Shown: positions 28,078 through 43,300, counted from the first letter of the whole stretch. The stretch: 63,220 nt of DNA, filler included, from Collodictyon triciliatum (GCA_043381765.1; 11 parts of 11 records of this genome joined end to end with filler, not necessarily neighbours in it), one strand, 5' to 3'. Made by a program: numbers and translations. The notes: generated by a model from the sequence alone, not told the origin.

Positions 28078-29774
28078 TCGGTTTAATTACGAGCCAATCT
28101 TAGTCCAAGTGAGCTTTCGATGCACGCACTTTCAGCGGCCCACTGATCCTGATCGCATCACACTCCCCATGAGGCGCACGACGGATCGCACCTCCATCCA
28201 AGTTGCCCTTGAGGTTTCCGGCTCTCTGCCATACGTCGTTTGGAAGAATATATCCTTCGCGGTCACCTTGAGAAATTGTCATGAAGCATCTGTAGACCAA
28301 GGATTAGTGTTATCCAAAGCACAATCTTGTACAAAAAAGAGAGTGAAGGTCTTTGCAGTAAGTTTTTCCTTTCCATCAGTACATATAATTGAGTGGGTTG
28401 CTCTAATTAAATCAAAGAATAAGCACCAAATGTATGGCTCTGTCTATGGTGTAGGACTCCATGACAGTATCCGTCACAGACTCAGCACTCAAGAAAGGAT
28501 TATCAACCTCACTGTCAACTGGTGATAGAACACACCAGCATGCAATACATCCCCAAAAAAGGACTCTCTTTATCATCAGTGGACACTTTGGACCTCACAG
28601 AACATCTTGTGATGTCTACGGGCTGTCTAAAATATCAGAGTTTATATCCCCTCATTATGGGATTCTTCATTTTCGTTTGTCTGTTTCATACAATCACGCT
28701 GAAGTTGGGTACATGACGCTACCTCCTATGTGGGTATTTAGTCGCAGGGATGGTGAGACCAGTGCAACGACAAAATTTCTCAGCGATTTAGAGAGAAGGC
28801 TGAATATAACTCATGACCTTCAATGGAAAGGGGAGACGATGCCACCTACCACAAAGAGAAAAAGCACGTCAGATTCTGATGCGCCAACCGGCTTGAATCA
28901 GCAATTACAGTCGATTGATAAAAGTTGTCGGGAAACAGTGATGATTTTCGGTAAGTGCTCTCTATTTTCCATTTGCAAAAGAGAAGGAAACAATTATTCA
29001 TTGTACTACATTATAATTCGCAGTACACAATCCCCCTTTATTTCTATGCTGGTTTTCTTTTGTTTTCTTTTGTTTTCTTTTGTTTTCTTTTGTTTTCTTT
29101 TGTTTTCTTTTGTTTTCCGTGGAATATCTGTTTTACGCATTATCGATTCGATAGCTTAATGCTGATTGTATACACTCTCAATAGTTGGAAATCATGCTCC
29201 ACGCAGTTTTGTCAAAGAGCACTGCAAAGCCACATCCCATTCTCAAAACTCTGACTTGTCTACATGCAGCGAAGGGTCGAATCATGGCACGACCCCAAAT
29301 GAAGAGCAAGTTGATGACAATCAAGCTCTGAAACGCCCAAAGATACATGAGCATACCGAGCCCTTCGAGGAATCAACGCGTGGAAGGCATATCCAAATAG
29401 TTGATTCTCATCCACCTAGATTTTCTCTTTTTCATAGGGGCCCTGAACAAGATAGCTCATGTATTGACGAATACCACAGCACTTCCAATAGACTTACAGC
29501 TCGCCCTATCGAGGAAAGCTCTTTCCCAAGATTCTCTGTCGAACTGGGTTCATCAAGAATATTTCAGCTTCCTCTTGAACCAGACAAGTGTCTCCTTCGA
29601 TTTCTGCCAAATTCTGCATCTGTCGGATGCTCATTGTGCATGATGAAGAGAGACAGTCATGCGTTTGAGATTGAACCTCTTCCATATCTACTGACATCCC
29701 AGAAAATCATACCTTACAAGCCCAGCGCCCAATACCACGCAGCCATACCTCGCGCTCACCTTGCCGAGCAATAG
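28078..29774 (+). CDS. Hypothetical protein, possibly a beta-sandwich DNA-binding (transcription-factor-like) protein; start not resolved
   Basis: Exons at about 28078-28357, 28454-28950 and 29185-29774 join three ORFs. A beta-rich domain ends in LPPMWVFSRR, followed by basic TKRK and LKRPK NLS-like motifs and a disordered tail. Confidence 0.55.
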
Positions 29775-30159
29775 TGATGACTTCTTGGATGTATCGGCAT
29801 ACGATGATGATAATATTCTGAATTCTGCTCTCCTTTGTGGGGTTCAAAAAAAAAAAGAAAAAAAAAGACACAAAACAATCTTTCAATATATTCCCTATCA
29901 ACTCCATAGTGGGTTCTTCCTAACTCGTCAGTTATATTTTAATTTACATTTAATCTACACCCCTTTTCTTCCATTCTGCTTTACATTTACCAATCAAAAC
30001 AGCTCTATTCAAGTTTTTTGGACATAAAGAATTGATTATCGAATAATTGAAATAAACAAGCAAATGAATGAATACAAAATACATAAGCTCGACCTTTTTA
30101 GCTCCCCACACAAACCTAATCACGAGACAAATGCATGCGCCATTCCCAGCAACAAACTA

Positions 30160-31550
30160 ATTTTATTTTATTTTTTTTTATTTATTTTTGTTGATTAGGC
30201 GATGCCAAGATAGGTATTAACCTGTCGCACCTAAGTATCTTTAATATCGATGGGGTATATATAGGTAAGTAGAATGGCCCTGGAAGTACGTAAAGGACCT
30301 GGGCAGCCGCCTCGGAGCGATGATGCCCAGCATCGAGTCCAAAACGAAGATGGGCGACTGGAAGCGCAACTGGTGGTGCGCAATCGTCGGCCGCACCAGC
30401 GACGTCCCATGCAGGTAATGGCTCTCGTAGATGCAGTTCGCCTGGTTTGCCGGGAAGATAAAGTCTGCGATAACCTTCTTCCGCAGGTCCTTCAGTAACA
30501 CCTGGCACGCTTCAATCTTGAGAACCTTCTCCTGCGCTGCCTCAAACTCATTATTTTCAGTGCGGGGTTTTTGTTGTATTTCTTTTTTCTTTTTTCTTCT
30601 TCCGGAGTGCTTTGAAATGGCAACAAGCATTCGCTTGCGGTCAGAGTAGCGAAGAATGCGGGCGTGTTTCAGCAGGCTGTTCAGGAAGCTGTATTGCACG
30701 AGGCTCTCAAGCCTGGCTACATTGATTTCTCGTTCGGATGAATCATTAGAGCGAGAGAATGCACGCATACTACACAAGAACCACATCATATGTCCCCTTG
30801 TGACTGTCCAGAGTATTCTAGACTCGTGGGTCATTTGGTATTGTGGGCCAAACAGGATATCTGACGCGCTGAGTCAGTTGGGAGCATAATCAAGCCCAGA
30901 GAGCATCTTGTGAGTAGATTCTGTCACTTTTTGAGCAAGGGAGCCCTTCACAAATGTGTGTTCGATAGAGTCATCTCCACTATGGCACATGGTGCATTCC
31001 GGAGAGGTCGTTGCTGCATGGGCTACACGCGCACCTATCCACAGCTCTCTGTTGCAGATATTGGGCACTAAGGCGCGGTGTTTCGGGAGTAACTGAGGTA
31101 TACGGGGTTGCTTCCAGCTTTTGACTATCGGCGGGTCTATAATGCCTATAGTTTCGGCCCAACGACTCATCTTCTCCGGTTTGTAGGGATTCGGGCGGAT
31201 GATTTTATATCGAAACAGCTTGGAATATGCCATGGCAACCATGAATTGTGGAGAGTCCGGTGTAATGGACCGCCTTCGGTTCTTCAGGCGAAAGAAAAAT
31301 GGCGACGGCGCTCCGTATGAGATGGGATGACGTGAGAACCATTCTCCTTTGTTGTTCGAGACGGCTGTGGTTGGGTGTGCATCTTTTGTGCAGAATGCGG
31401 CGGAACCTGGTGTCGTGATGTATGAGCCGTCTTTTTTGAATGAGATTTCGCTGATGGTGGCCGAGTTGCCTTCCTGAGCCTGTTTGATGATACAAAAGCC
31501 TTTCTGGTTGTCCCAACATATTTACCCTGCTGCCAATGGCTCGTTCAGGG
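30160..31550 (-). mobile_element. 5'-truncated L1/Tx1-like non-LTR retrotransposon (ORF2 C-terminus, zf-RVT), degenerate
   Basis: RELWIGARVAH..SPECTMCHSGDDSIEHTFVKGSLAQ and LWTVTRGHMMW...SFLNSLLKHARILRYSD. Collinear with 19931-20560 but a diverged subfamily. A-rich tail at about 30160-30190. Confidence 0.85.
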
Positions 31551-31931
31551 ATATTGACAAGTATTTCACTTCAATATATCAATTAGATAACATGAATTGC
31601 ATGATTGCTGAATCTTTCAACTTTTGAGGCATTTCGAATGACTGAATCAAGAATCCGCAAGATATTGCTGCCCAAAACTACGTTTTGTTAGCGTTGTTGC
31701 AGCAAGATTATGGGTGTAAATATTCATTTTTTCTATCATTTTCCTATAATGCATAGTAACTGAGACCACCTCACGAGTGTTGTCGTTTGAAAAAGAAAAT
31801 GTTTTAGAAGGCTAAGTGAATAAGCTTTCTGTTACCACACACACCTCTCCCAACACGACGAAATGATATTCTGTTCCACAAAAACAGCGTCCCATCGAAC
31901 AATAAGTATACATATTAAAGGAAGAAGCAAC

Positions 31932-32110
31932 AAAGGCTTTTTCACAGACACGGCCGTGGTGAAGCTTCTTTGTCACAAGAACCAGCTCCCTGCAAAGTTT
32001 AAGGTCATGGGCAAAAAGTGTCCAAAGCGCATCCTCAAAGAGCGTCCACCAGCCGCGAACAACGAACGACAAGTAAAAGCCCCGCAAAAGAATACACCTG
32101 CCAAGCAGAC
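31932..32110 (+). mobile_element. Second copy of the ORF1-like repeat, cut by the scaffold end
   Basis: About 90% identical to the reverse complement of 11222-11400. Has AAG where the other copy has TAG. Confidence 0.85.
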
Positions 32111-32425
32111 NNNNNNNNNNNNNNNNNNNNNNNNNNNNNNNNNNNNNNNNNNNNTTAATTAATTAANNNNNNNNNNNNNNNNNNNNNNNNNNNNNNNNNN
32201 NNNNNNNNNNAGAGAAGAGAAGAGAAGAGAAGAGAAGAGAAGAGAAGAGAAGAGAAGAGAAGAGAAGAGAAGAGAAGAGAAGAGAAGAGAAGAGAAGAGA
32301 AGAGAAAAAGAGTAAAATCCACAAGTATCTTAAGTAATTTCTCGCCCGCAATAGCTTTGATACACAAAATATGGCATTAATAAGTGGATAGGTCTGGTCT
32401 AAAAGAGACATGAGATAAACCATAC

Positions 32426-35400
32426 AAGCAGTTTTGAAATTTCCTGCAGGAATGTTTCGTATTCAAGAACCCTGAACTCATCAAAGGCCTTCATATTGAA
32501 AAAATTGTCAAGTTCGGAGATGCCAAACAAGGGAATGAGCTGTCGAAGAGCTCTTTTGCATGCCTACGTTAGATTAAATTTAAAACGTGTATCTCAATTT
32601 CTTTCTCAAAGTGACTTGAACCTATATAGAAGGTTGATATGTTATATTCAAATTATACAAGCAGCGATAAGTGACGTACTTTGATAACGTCGGAGCTTTC
32701 GTCATTAATGTGAACGACAAAACAAGGTAAACAAGCTTGTAGTTGTTCTTTAAAGGTTGGGGCAGCAGCACCCCCACCGAATCTCGACAAAGTGCCAAAG
32801 AGACCAAAGGCGGCCGCTCGAACCTCGGTCGTTTGCTACATTCCCAAAGTGTCAGAGATAGATAGATATAGATAGATATAGATAGATATAGATAGATATA
32901 GATAGATATAGATAGATATAGATAGATATAGATAGATATAGATAGATATAGATAGATATAGAGAGATATAGAGAGATATAGAGAGATATAGAGAGATATA
33001 GAGAGATATAGAGAGATATAGAGAGATATAGAGAGATATAGAGAGATATAGAGAGATAGAGAAGTAAAAAGGATTAACAGAAAAAAATAAAGACAACATC
33101 ACCACCTTATCAAAGAGCGGTTTTAGTCTCATGGTGATATTAACTATGATTGGACTGACTTGCTCCTCTTCAATCACGGCGAAAATCTGTTGAACAATAT
33201 AGTTTAGTAGAATGTCATGAATATTTCGTGCAATAGAAAAAAAGAAAAAAGAAAAAAAAAGAAAAAGAAACAAGTGAAACCATTATTATTTCATTCCAAA
33301 AGATAGCATACCCTCGACATGCTGTTCATGGATTCCATGGCGAGGACATCTTCTGGAAGATCCATTCCTGTCATGAGAGCGTTCATGAGTGTGTTGGAAT
33401 ACCTGTTCAAATCTTGCTTATGCAGAGTTGCTGCATTCCCAAGGCCACGGAAAGTAACCAGCCTGGCAGTCAAATCCTCATCACTGAGCCGGGTAAGTAG
33501 GCAGTTGATGTATTGTTGTATAAGAGGGTCCCCTTTCTAGTTGATTACCAAAAAAAAATAATCATAAAATAAGGTTAAAAAGATACAGAAAGTCAACTTA
33601 AACCATAGACAAATCTCATAATGTAACATAAAACAAAAGCAAACCGGTGCGTGGTTGATAAACTCAGAAATTGAAGTAACAGCAACGATTCTTTGTCCAG
33701 GAAAAGTGCGACTTAAGTAAGGGAACATAAATTCATGCATCGCCTTCATGTGCTCCTTGTGCTTCTTGCAAATCACACTAAACACATAATTCATGCATTT
33801 TAAACAATCAATTGAAGGTGTTTACTTTGTTAAGCCAAAATATGCAGTCATGATGAGACGTATGGCTGGTTATTACTATTACTATTTTATCAATCACGAA
33901 ACTTACTTCACGAGCTCAGTGATACTTTCATAAAAGTCTGTATTTGCAAGTCGTGTTTTAGTTTCGGGACTGGAGAGCAAATTGGCGACAGGGTCATCTT
34001 TGATACAACGCAGGTATTGAACAAAACATTCAATAGCTTCCCTACGATTTATAGTTTAGAGCCAAAACATCCGTCAAGTGTCATGAATTAAATACACAAC
34101 AGTAGAAAATGAGTTATAGCTATTCGTCAACCACAACTTGATGACAGCAAATAGAGGATTAAATAAAGTATTTGGAAAATAACAAAAAAATAAATAAATG
34201 ATAGAACACAGTGAAACTTCATGGAGTAGAAATAAATGAGAGGGATAGCATCTATCCAAGCAGACTTTGTGTACTGTCCATCCTTTCCGAGCCCATTGAC
34301 AGGACCGAGTCTCATGAGGAATGTGCAGATAATTGAAGGGTAATATGTTTGCCCGTGGGTTTCTAACTCCTCACATTGGAACATATCTCCCAATGCGGCA
34401 ATCGCCTATATGGCTCCATTCAATCAGTGACATTACAAAATTAAATCAAAAAGGTACGTACTTTAATAGAATTCGTTCCATAGAGAGAAAATTATTCACA
34501 AAAATATCTTGGTAAACCAGCTCACAGAATTAGGGACAGGACAAAGCACTCGTGCAGAAGGGCCTTTCTTCTTTAAATCAAACTTCTCCTCATAAGGTTG
34601 TTGATTGTTGATAACGTCCAGAAGATACTTTGTCATAGGTTCAACGGTGTCTTTGGTCTTGGCGATTATTTGAAGCATCTTAACAACATTCCTAGAGCAT
34701 AAAGTTTTCACATGAATTACGAGTAAGTTATTGTAAGGGTGAAAATCATCATACGGCGGATGTGGCACAGGGTGGCCTAAAAGCTCCTGCAGAACTAGAA
34801 CTAAATGAAATCTGTTGGAAGAGAACGTTAGAAGGTGAAATTAACAAGCAAAAGGGATCAAATGATTGATAAATCGATGAACAGAAAGAATAAATCACCG
34901 TGCAAGCGTTCGAGTAGTGTGCAGCGTGCCTGTTGTTGCGTGTGGATTTGTGATACCGTCCATTGAAGAAAGCATCCCACTGACAAGCTTAGGGACCTGG
35001 TCTTTGAGCTCGGCACCCCTGATTTTGATTAGAGCTATGTATGCAACGTCATAGAGTGAGGTGCAAGATTCTAGGCGCCAGACTTATGATATTTTTTGGA
35101 CAATAAAACCAGTAAAAAACGTGATAAATTGAAACCATTCAGAATGACTGCAGTGCCACTGCTGCTTGTGGGTTGCTTATCAGTTAGAAGGACAACGACC
35201 GCATGAAGGTAGTCAGGCAAATCTTTCTCCGTTATCTATTAACAACCAGTCCAATAATAGGAAATTGACTTTATTCCGATTTTTATCACTCGTTATGACA
35301 TGGATACAGATACCTCAATAAGATGAATTTCATATTCAAATAATCCCATCTCCTTTGCACAAATAATACTATTGTTCAATATGGTTGTATTCTTCTCCGT

Positions 35401-38310
35401 ATGTATACACCACTTACGAAAGTTCCAAGTACTTTCGCCAGGTCGCCCATCGCTGCGTAATGCTCGCCCTCATCGTTTTCTTTTACCCGAGCTCTAAACG
35501 TCATTTTTAATACATACAAAAATAATCGAGGCATAATTATAGCTAATGCGCGTAATTTTTTTTATTTTTAGATATGATGTATGAATGTTTCATGAATGAA
35601 AGAAACCTAATTTCTGTGATTTCCTGAACTGACTCGGGAACTGCGACGCCCTCTGCAATTTGTTTTTGGGGATGTGTAATCATGTGCCTGATATCTAAAT
35701 TTATGGGATATTTTTAATTTTGTAAGGGATGTAGTCGGCGTATCTAAAACGAAATTAAAGTAATATTTATTTTTTTGGATATAAGTTATTAGGGAAAATC
35801 ATGCAGAGTTGCTGCGCATGGAATAATAATAAATTTAGAGTGTTCCTACACAAAAGTGTCTGAGTTGCGCGCATAGATAAATCTCTGATGGTTGAAGTAG
35901 AATCGGTGCATCGAGGGGTATAGACAGAGAGGTAAGCACCAAAGTTGACAAAAGTGTTGTCACCCATCTAATTTATTTTTTTAGGGAAAATTGTTGGATT
36001 TGAGGCACAGCAGGAAAAAAAAAATAAAAAAAAAAAAAGAAGAAGAAAAGGAATAATAAAATTTAAAGAGGAAATGAAGCATAAACGATATAGACTCTTT
36101 ATGACTAAAATAATTCAGAAAATATGTTCACGACTTTCTCTGTGATTGCAATGTGAACCTTTTCACTCTGGGTGGCTTTCTTCCGAGAATACTCTACGAA
36201 TTTCTGCAGAATGTAAACAACAGTTTCTAAAGCCTTCTCACGGATTTGAGCCTTTTCATTGCTTACCCACGGCTCAATATACTGGAATATAAAAACAATT
36301 AAGTATATATATATATCTAAATGGTTTGAGAAATGAAGAGGTGATCTTTTCGTCTAAAATAAAAAATTGGCGAAAAAGAAAAAGAAAAAGAAAAAGAAAA
36401 AGAAAAAGAAAAAGAAAAAGAAAAAGAAAAAGAAAAAGAAAAAGAAAAAGAAAAAGAAAAAGAAAAAGAAACAGAAACAGAAACAGAAAAATAAACTATA
36501 TTTCGGAACTATGGATGAGCTGTAAACGAACCTTCAGCAACCTACACAAGCATGCTATGTTGGTGTTCATAAATAAGACAGCTGCAAAAAGCTCATCCAT
36601 TTTTTTCTTCAGCAAATTTACTTGAGCAGGTTCAACTTTTTCATTGAAATCCAAGAATGTCAGCGTGTTTGACAATCCTTTGGATTCCAAAACCTCGTCC
36701 AAAACAGGTAGCAGCAGCACAAGCGCTGTAGCAGCAGAAAGACCAGATATGCGAATGGCCGCCATGTTCTGAGGAGGAATATTTGCAGAGCCCGCAGCAG
36801 CATTTGTGTTTGAGTTTGGATTAGGCCCGCTTTTTTCGTCTGGGATGGGAACACCCATGAATGAAAGTAGGGATGTCATTAGTTGGTCGCGAGGCTTTAG
36901 CGTGTATTGTTCGGGCAGGCGCGATGGATGCACTGCACGGGCCACAAGTTCGATGGTGTTAATCATAGACTCTCTCAATAGAGGAGAGCGACACGTGGGG
37001 ATAAGTGGTGCAATATGATTCAAAATGTGAATCTCAACGCGCGATGCAATAAGCCTGATGAAACAGATGGTCAATAAAGGAAATAATATTTCAAAAAAAA
37101 TGTTTTTTAGACAATCAACGGCATATATAATATAAATTAAAAATAAGCGAACTAGCAGCTTACTTCACCGGACTGGAGGAGGCGACATTACCGAAGCTAA
37201 GGATGAGAGTTGCTTTCATGCATTCGATATCTGCATCTGACTTGTCCTTTGAGAGGCCGAGGAATCCGGTAGATTTCGGAATCAAGTCAACTGCATGCAT
37301 TTGAAATCCATCAGTAGTGTTGCTGGTTGAAACATGATTTTTTTTTTTTTGTGTATGGTGGAAACTAATTCTTCTTTCTCGTTACAATAAGGCCCACCTT
37401 TCACTATAGACTGGAGCTTTTCCAAGACTTGGTCAAGATGGCTGACAGAGACCAGTCCGTATGCCTATATAATATCATATAGGGTAAGCCAAATATAATA
37501 CAATATAAATATATATATAGATATATAAAAGGAGACACAGACAAACATGTTATATTTGAGCAGAGAAAGAAACATATGATGCTTCATATTACAAAACGCA
37601 CCTGCGCACACCCTTGACGAGCCAAGGAGAAAGAATGATTTACTGAATTGAAAAGGAAATCAAGCTTTGATCGGATGAAAGCCTGCACATTTTGGGAAAT
37701 ACTTTATTTCAGCTAAACGGACTGACATATTTGCGGAAGAAAGGGAGCATAAACATATTTATAAAATAGGAGTACTTCTCTTGATTACAAGAGAAAAACA
37801 TAAATATATATTTTTATTCCTCTTAAACATTAATAAAGCACCTTGTTTGTAGACTTTTGCATCGACATTCCAATGAATCGCGACAACTGGCGCTGTTTAT
37901 AGGAAATATGAGAGTTTTGCCAGCACAGAGCCCATGGATGAGCAACAATTGATGCAATGTGAGCTTAATTAATGCCACACAGAGATAAGTGTGCATAATC
38001 AAAGTATGACTAACGCGAAGATTGTCATCAGGCGCATACAAATCTGCTTGTTTCTCGAAAGACTCTCCTGTTGTTGTTTTTGATGAATTTTTTTTTATTT
38101 ATTTATCAATAAATCATGTATAAGTAACGCCGATTGCTCCAATAGAAATGATTGCGCAATACCAAAAGGATGTATAGGAGTTCAATCAGAAATATAACTA
38201 ACCCAAGGCTACAATCCACTCATCATCATTAACCCTGTCCATGGTTTCACCTAACAACCGGAGCAAAAGGTCGTCCCAGGCATCTTGAAAACCTTCAGCG
38301 TCTTTGTTGG
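32426..38310 (-). CDS. MROH1: Maestro HEAT-like repeat protein (MROH1/HEATR7A-like), internal portion, more than 20 exons
   Basis: HEAT-repeat exons include RQGCAQAYGLVSVSHLDQVLEKL, PYLSRTFPGQRIVAVTSISEFINH, RLVTFRGLGNAA, LAMESMNSMSR, VRAAAFGLFGTLSRFG and VVHINDESSDVIKACKRALR, matching the MROH1 organisation. Confidence 0.8.
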
Positions 38311-38509
38311 CTGCAACATATAATTTGGAATCAATTATTTGAAAGAGAGGTATATGATTTGGTTACTTCAAAGAAAAAAAATATAGATTCACTACAGAAA
38401 GTATGCATATAAATGTTAGTATCCCCACACAATACGGCGTATGGGTATGTTGATATGCAACTATATTTTTTTAAAAACAAAAAACAACAAAAAACAACAA
38501 AAAAAACAA

Positions 38510-38550
<41 letters not shown>

Positions 38551-38765
38551 NNNNNNNNNNNNNNNNNNNNNNNNNNNNNNNNNNNNNNNNNNNNTTAATT
38601 AATTAANNNNNNNNNNNNNNNNNNNNNNNNNNNNNNNNNNNNNNNNNNNNTTTTTCTTTCTTTTTCTTTCTTTTTTCTTTCTTTTTTCTTTCTTTTTTCT
38701 TTCTTTTTTCTTTCTTTTTTCTTTCTTTTTTCTTTCTTTTTTCTTTCTTTTTTCTTTGTTTCTAG

Positions 38766-39295
38766 TCTTACGAGACTCCCGAAGAAGTATCGGAATATAC
38801 CGAGCTTCAAGACGAAATCAAGGCACAGTTGGAGAAAGTAAAATCTGTACAAGTGAGAGCTTGTCACATCATGGGGACTTTGTCGTTTTTTTTTGTTTTT
38901 GTTTTTTTGCAGATTATTATGCATCTTTTTATAAGATCAATTAAAAATTAGGCCAATTTATCATTAATTACTAAGTCTGTCGTGATATAATATTCTGCTA
39001 AAGGACCGGCTCTCACGTCTTCAAGAGATGTTCGATGAATATAGTTCTGCCAGTGACCATGACTCAATTACCGGTATTTCAAAGTCTTCGAGTCTATCAA
39101 TGAAAATTTAATATATGAAATCCATTCCGCAAAATTGCAGATATGACCCCAATCTCGCACATATAATTATTTATCTTATCCATGGAAAGGAGGAACCAAG
39201 TCGCAGTCATTTGGACAATCAAACCTTGAAGGAAGTCATGGTCTTAAGTAATTATGCTTCTTTGCAATTATGCTTCCTTTTAGAAATATAACCCG

Positions 39296-39394
<99 letters not shown>

Positions 39395-40275
39395 TAGAAC
39401 TCCAAGCGAGGTTTCTGATACAATGAGTGATTTGATGTCCTCTCTTTCTGCCGCCTTGGAAGTAGAAGGTATTTTAAAAATTAAGTAATAGTCACCTGTT
39501 CTCACATGCTGAAAATCTATGTGTATTTTAATTATATTATAACAAGCATAGACTTTCGCAAATGAGCTAAACTTGAATTTAATTTAATTTTATTTTCCGT
39601 TGTAGATATCGGAAATATGACCGAATATGAAAGATCTCAGCTTGACCTGGAAGACATGCGGCTTGCCCTCTGCTACGCTAGAAGTTTGCCTGCTGAAAAG
39701 CGAGATACATTTTTCAAAGAGTACTCAAGATATTTTAAAAGAAGCCACGTAATATTGCTTAATTGATTTCGCATTCGATCGAACATCCCCATCGACTCAA
39801 AGTCATATGTCATCGCTATTTATTCATCTGCTTTTTTAATTGTAGGGAGTTGACAGCGAATCTGTCACTTCAAAATTTAGTACAGAGCAGTCTCAAAGGT
39901 CAGACTTAGTCACCGAAGAGGGAGAAAATGACACCATCGCCGAAACTGAAACATTATCGAATGCTCCGTCATCAGGTCATCTTACTCCTCCACGCTTCAT
40001 CCAGGGATTTACTCTGTCATCCCAAATAGAAATAAAACAAGTGTGCAGCCCACCAACATACTTATACTTCATCATCCAAACATAGCCAGCCACACATCAG
40101 CGTCTTCATTTGAGGATATAGTCATGCCCACCGTCGAGGATATGGAACAAGTATGACATATTATTCATCTTGATGTTGTAACTCATTTTCCCTTTTTTTT
40201 TCTTTCTCTATATTTTTATACGTATTATTATTATTATTTTGTGGGATATTGGGCCGGAGTTAATCGTTTTTTATT

Positions 40276-40343
<68 letters not shown>

Positions 40344-43300
40344 ATAATTTGAAGATTGTTGCTTGTAAGCAGAGTTGAAAAAAAATGTACCGAGTAAGAA
40401 ATTAATTATATCCTTCGATTCTAATAGATTCTAATTAGAAACCAAGGGAACCCTCAATTCCTTTCCAACGCTATCAGCTCTATTAGGCAGTAGGCACTTT
40501 TTAGAAAAGAAAGAGTTATCGGTCTTCTATCTAGCTGTATTCTTCAAAGATTATTTGCTAACATATTTTTTATATATTTCCACAGACTTGAATCGGGAGA
40601 ACTTCGGCGCTATGCCGAAAGACACTTAATAGCTTTGAATCCAAAATACAAGTGACTTTCTTAACATGTATACTTCAGTTTATGAACGATGGCGAATTGA
40701 CAAATAAATAAAAAAAAAAAAAATAGGAGCCAACTCGGTCAAACTCCGCAACATTCCCCACAAGTGGACACGAGGTATGACAGGCCCTCATCTTCTTTTA
40801 CCACTTATATGGCATACATTCCCGAAGGAATTCAGAAGAATCACTTTGTATTTGAGGTTTCGTACAAATACACGTTTTTTTTTTATCTAATTTACCGATA
40901 TTTACATTTTGAAGAATGCCTGGTAATACGACGATTCAGGTAATTGTGAAAGAAGAATCATTTACCTACTGGTATATAATTTTCGAACGCATTTAATTTG
41001 TTATTTCAATTTTATGTATTGACAATTCGAAAAAAATAGAATCGCTCTTCAAAGGCGGCTGCGGCATATGGTTAGTTACAATCATCAAAAATTGCATCGA
41101 TATTAAAATTTGCGTTATTCACTCCACTGTCTCTCTAAAACAGTTTACCCTGAAGAATCGGATGATGCAACGAGTACAGCCGACAGCAAAGTTGATAGTG
41201 AGAATGTCTATGCAGATAGTGACGTTGATGATGAAGATTACGAGGATGAAGACGAGGATGAAGAAGAGGATGGTTTTGAAGACGAAGGGGATGAAGAAGA
41301 AGAAGAGGAGGAGGAGGAGGCGGCGGAGGAAGTAGAAGAGGGGGAAGAAGAGGAACAAGAGGACAATATCAAAGATGAAGAAGATTTCGAAGATGAAGAG
41401 GATGAGGAGTTACATGAAAAACAGCAACTTGTTCTGGAGAATTCAGGGAAATTACCTAATGTGAGTGCATCAATGTCAAATAGAAGAATAGAAGATATCC
41501 CTAGCTCTATCAGCGGCCTCGCAAAGTACATGGTCAGTGTTGTTGGTGACGAAGAAAATGAAGATAAAGACACAGATAATATTGACAAAGCTGGAGAGGG
41601 ATTTAACCTTGGTCCGAATTTTGATTTTTCTGGAAGTGAAACAAGTGATGACCGCATTAGAAAACATTACTCGCGCATATTTCAAACGGTTGCACAACTT
41701 AAGAGCACACAAGAGTTTCAAAAGTCGGCGACTGAGAAGCCAACTCTTTCTGATGGTATTAGCTGATTCAAATGAGAATTATCCTATGATAATTTTGATT
41801 TCAATTTATTTTAATCTTATCTTTGCATATCTCTAACACGTATCATCACATCATACCTCTACGGAAAAGATCAAATTGATCAGGCGCCATATGACTATGC
41901 TGAATCTGTTGAATCAATCGGAGTTGCCTCCACTATTAATACTGAAGCCTCTGAGTCACAAGTCAGATTTCCCCGTCATTTGCACATGATTTTTTAATAT
42001 AAAAATTATATTTCCAGCCTGTCGTGTACTTATTATAGAAATCATCAATCAGACCAACTTTGATTCTAGTCAAGATTCAAGTGTTTCTTTTGAAAATTCC
42101 AGCCTGGAGGAACAACGAGCAGTAATTTTCCTTTTTCAAGTATCCCATCCGACTATAATAGGCTTAATAAAATAAAATCTGCCAGCAGAAAGTACTCTGT
42201 TCATTCACAATCAAAGATGATTAAAATATGAACTCATTTTAGGAGTACAAACAGGAGGTTCTTGATGACGAGGTTTGTTTGAGCTATCAAACGCATTGGA
42301 AGGTATTATCTTCAAATGACCATTTGCTTAAAATAATGATTCATGTTGTGTATTTAGGTAGCTCTCCTGAGGATTCGTTTACACATTGATAAGGCCGTCG
42401 AACAGGTTAAAAGAATATGTACATTACTATCGAATCTACTGTGCGTTTCTACGCAACATCCTTTTAATACTTTTCGAAACAGGGCGCTCGTTTCTTCACT
42501 CATGAAATCATCAAGGATTTGTATCAGATAATACTAGGTAAATATATCCATGGAAATACTTGTCTTTTTTAAGCTCAAGTTCAATGATGAACTCTACCTT
42601 CTTTTAACTTTTTTTATGCATCTAGATTCTGTCAATACCAGGAAGCTTGTGTCAGGAAAAATTGTTGATGAAGAGATATTGGTATCTCTAAGCGCAATTT
42701 TTTCAAAGTTTGAGGGTGTCTCGATTTTTGAGGTTTTTACTCTGTCTTTGTTGCAAATAGCGTGCGCTATCCTAACAACGCACTTTTATATCTAAATTGG
42801 TTTTCATACTTTGTTTCATTTTTACCATTTATTCCATTTAAAAATAGAATAAACCTGTCTTAATTCATGAGCTATCGTCAGTAATGTTTGATGAGGCTGT
42901 TTTTAACCGAACGGTCAGTCAAATCAAAAAAAGCTATGAGGAGGATATTGTAGGTTTGTATACCAAATAAAGCAATTCTATCACCTGACCACGAATGATA
43001 GTCTAACTTACATATTTTAAAATAAAATAATGCACACCGTGGTGTTACTTCCGAAGACCTACAAACGACACAACAGGATATAGCTATCGAACTAGATTTA
43101 TTGGAGAAACAGCGAGATGAAGATATTCGCCAACTCCATGTAAAAAGAGCCATCAATATCGCGCGCTATTTGGCAATCTACAGATGTATCGCCTTCCCCT
43201 TTTTTCTTTTTTTTTTTTTATGAAAATGAATGTTTTTTTTCATCTCATTCAAAAAAATGCCAAAGGCCGATCGCCAAAAAAAGTTGAGAGAAGCTATTGT

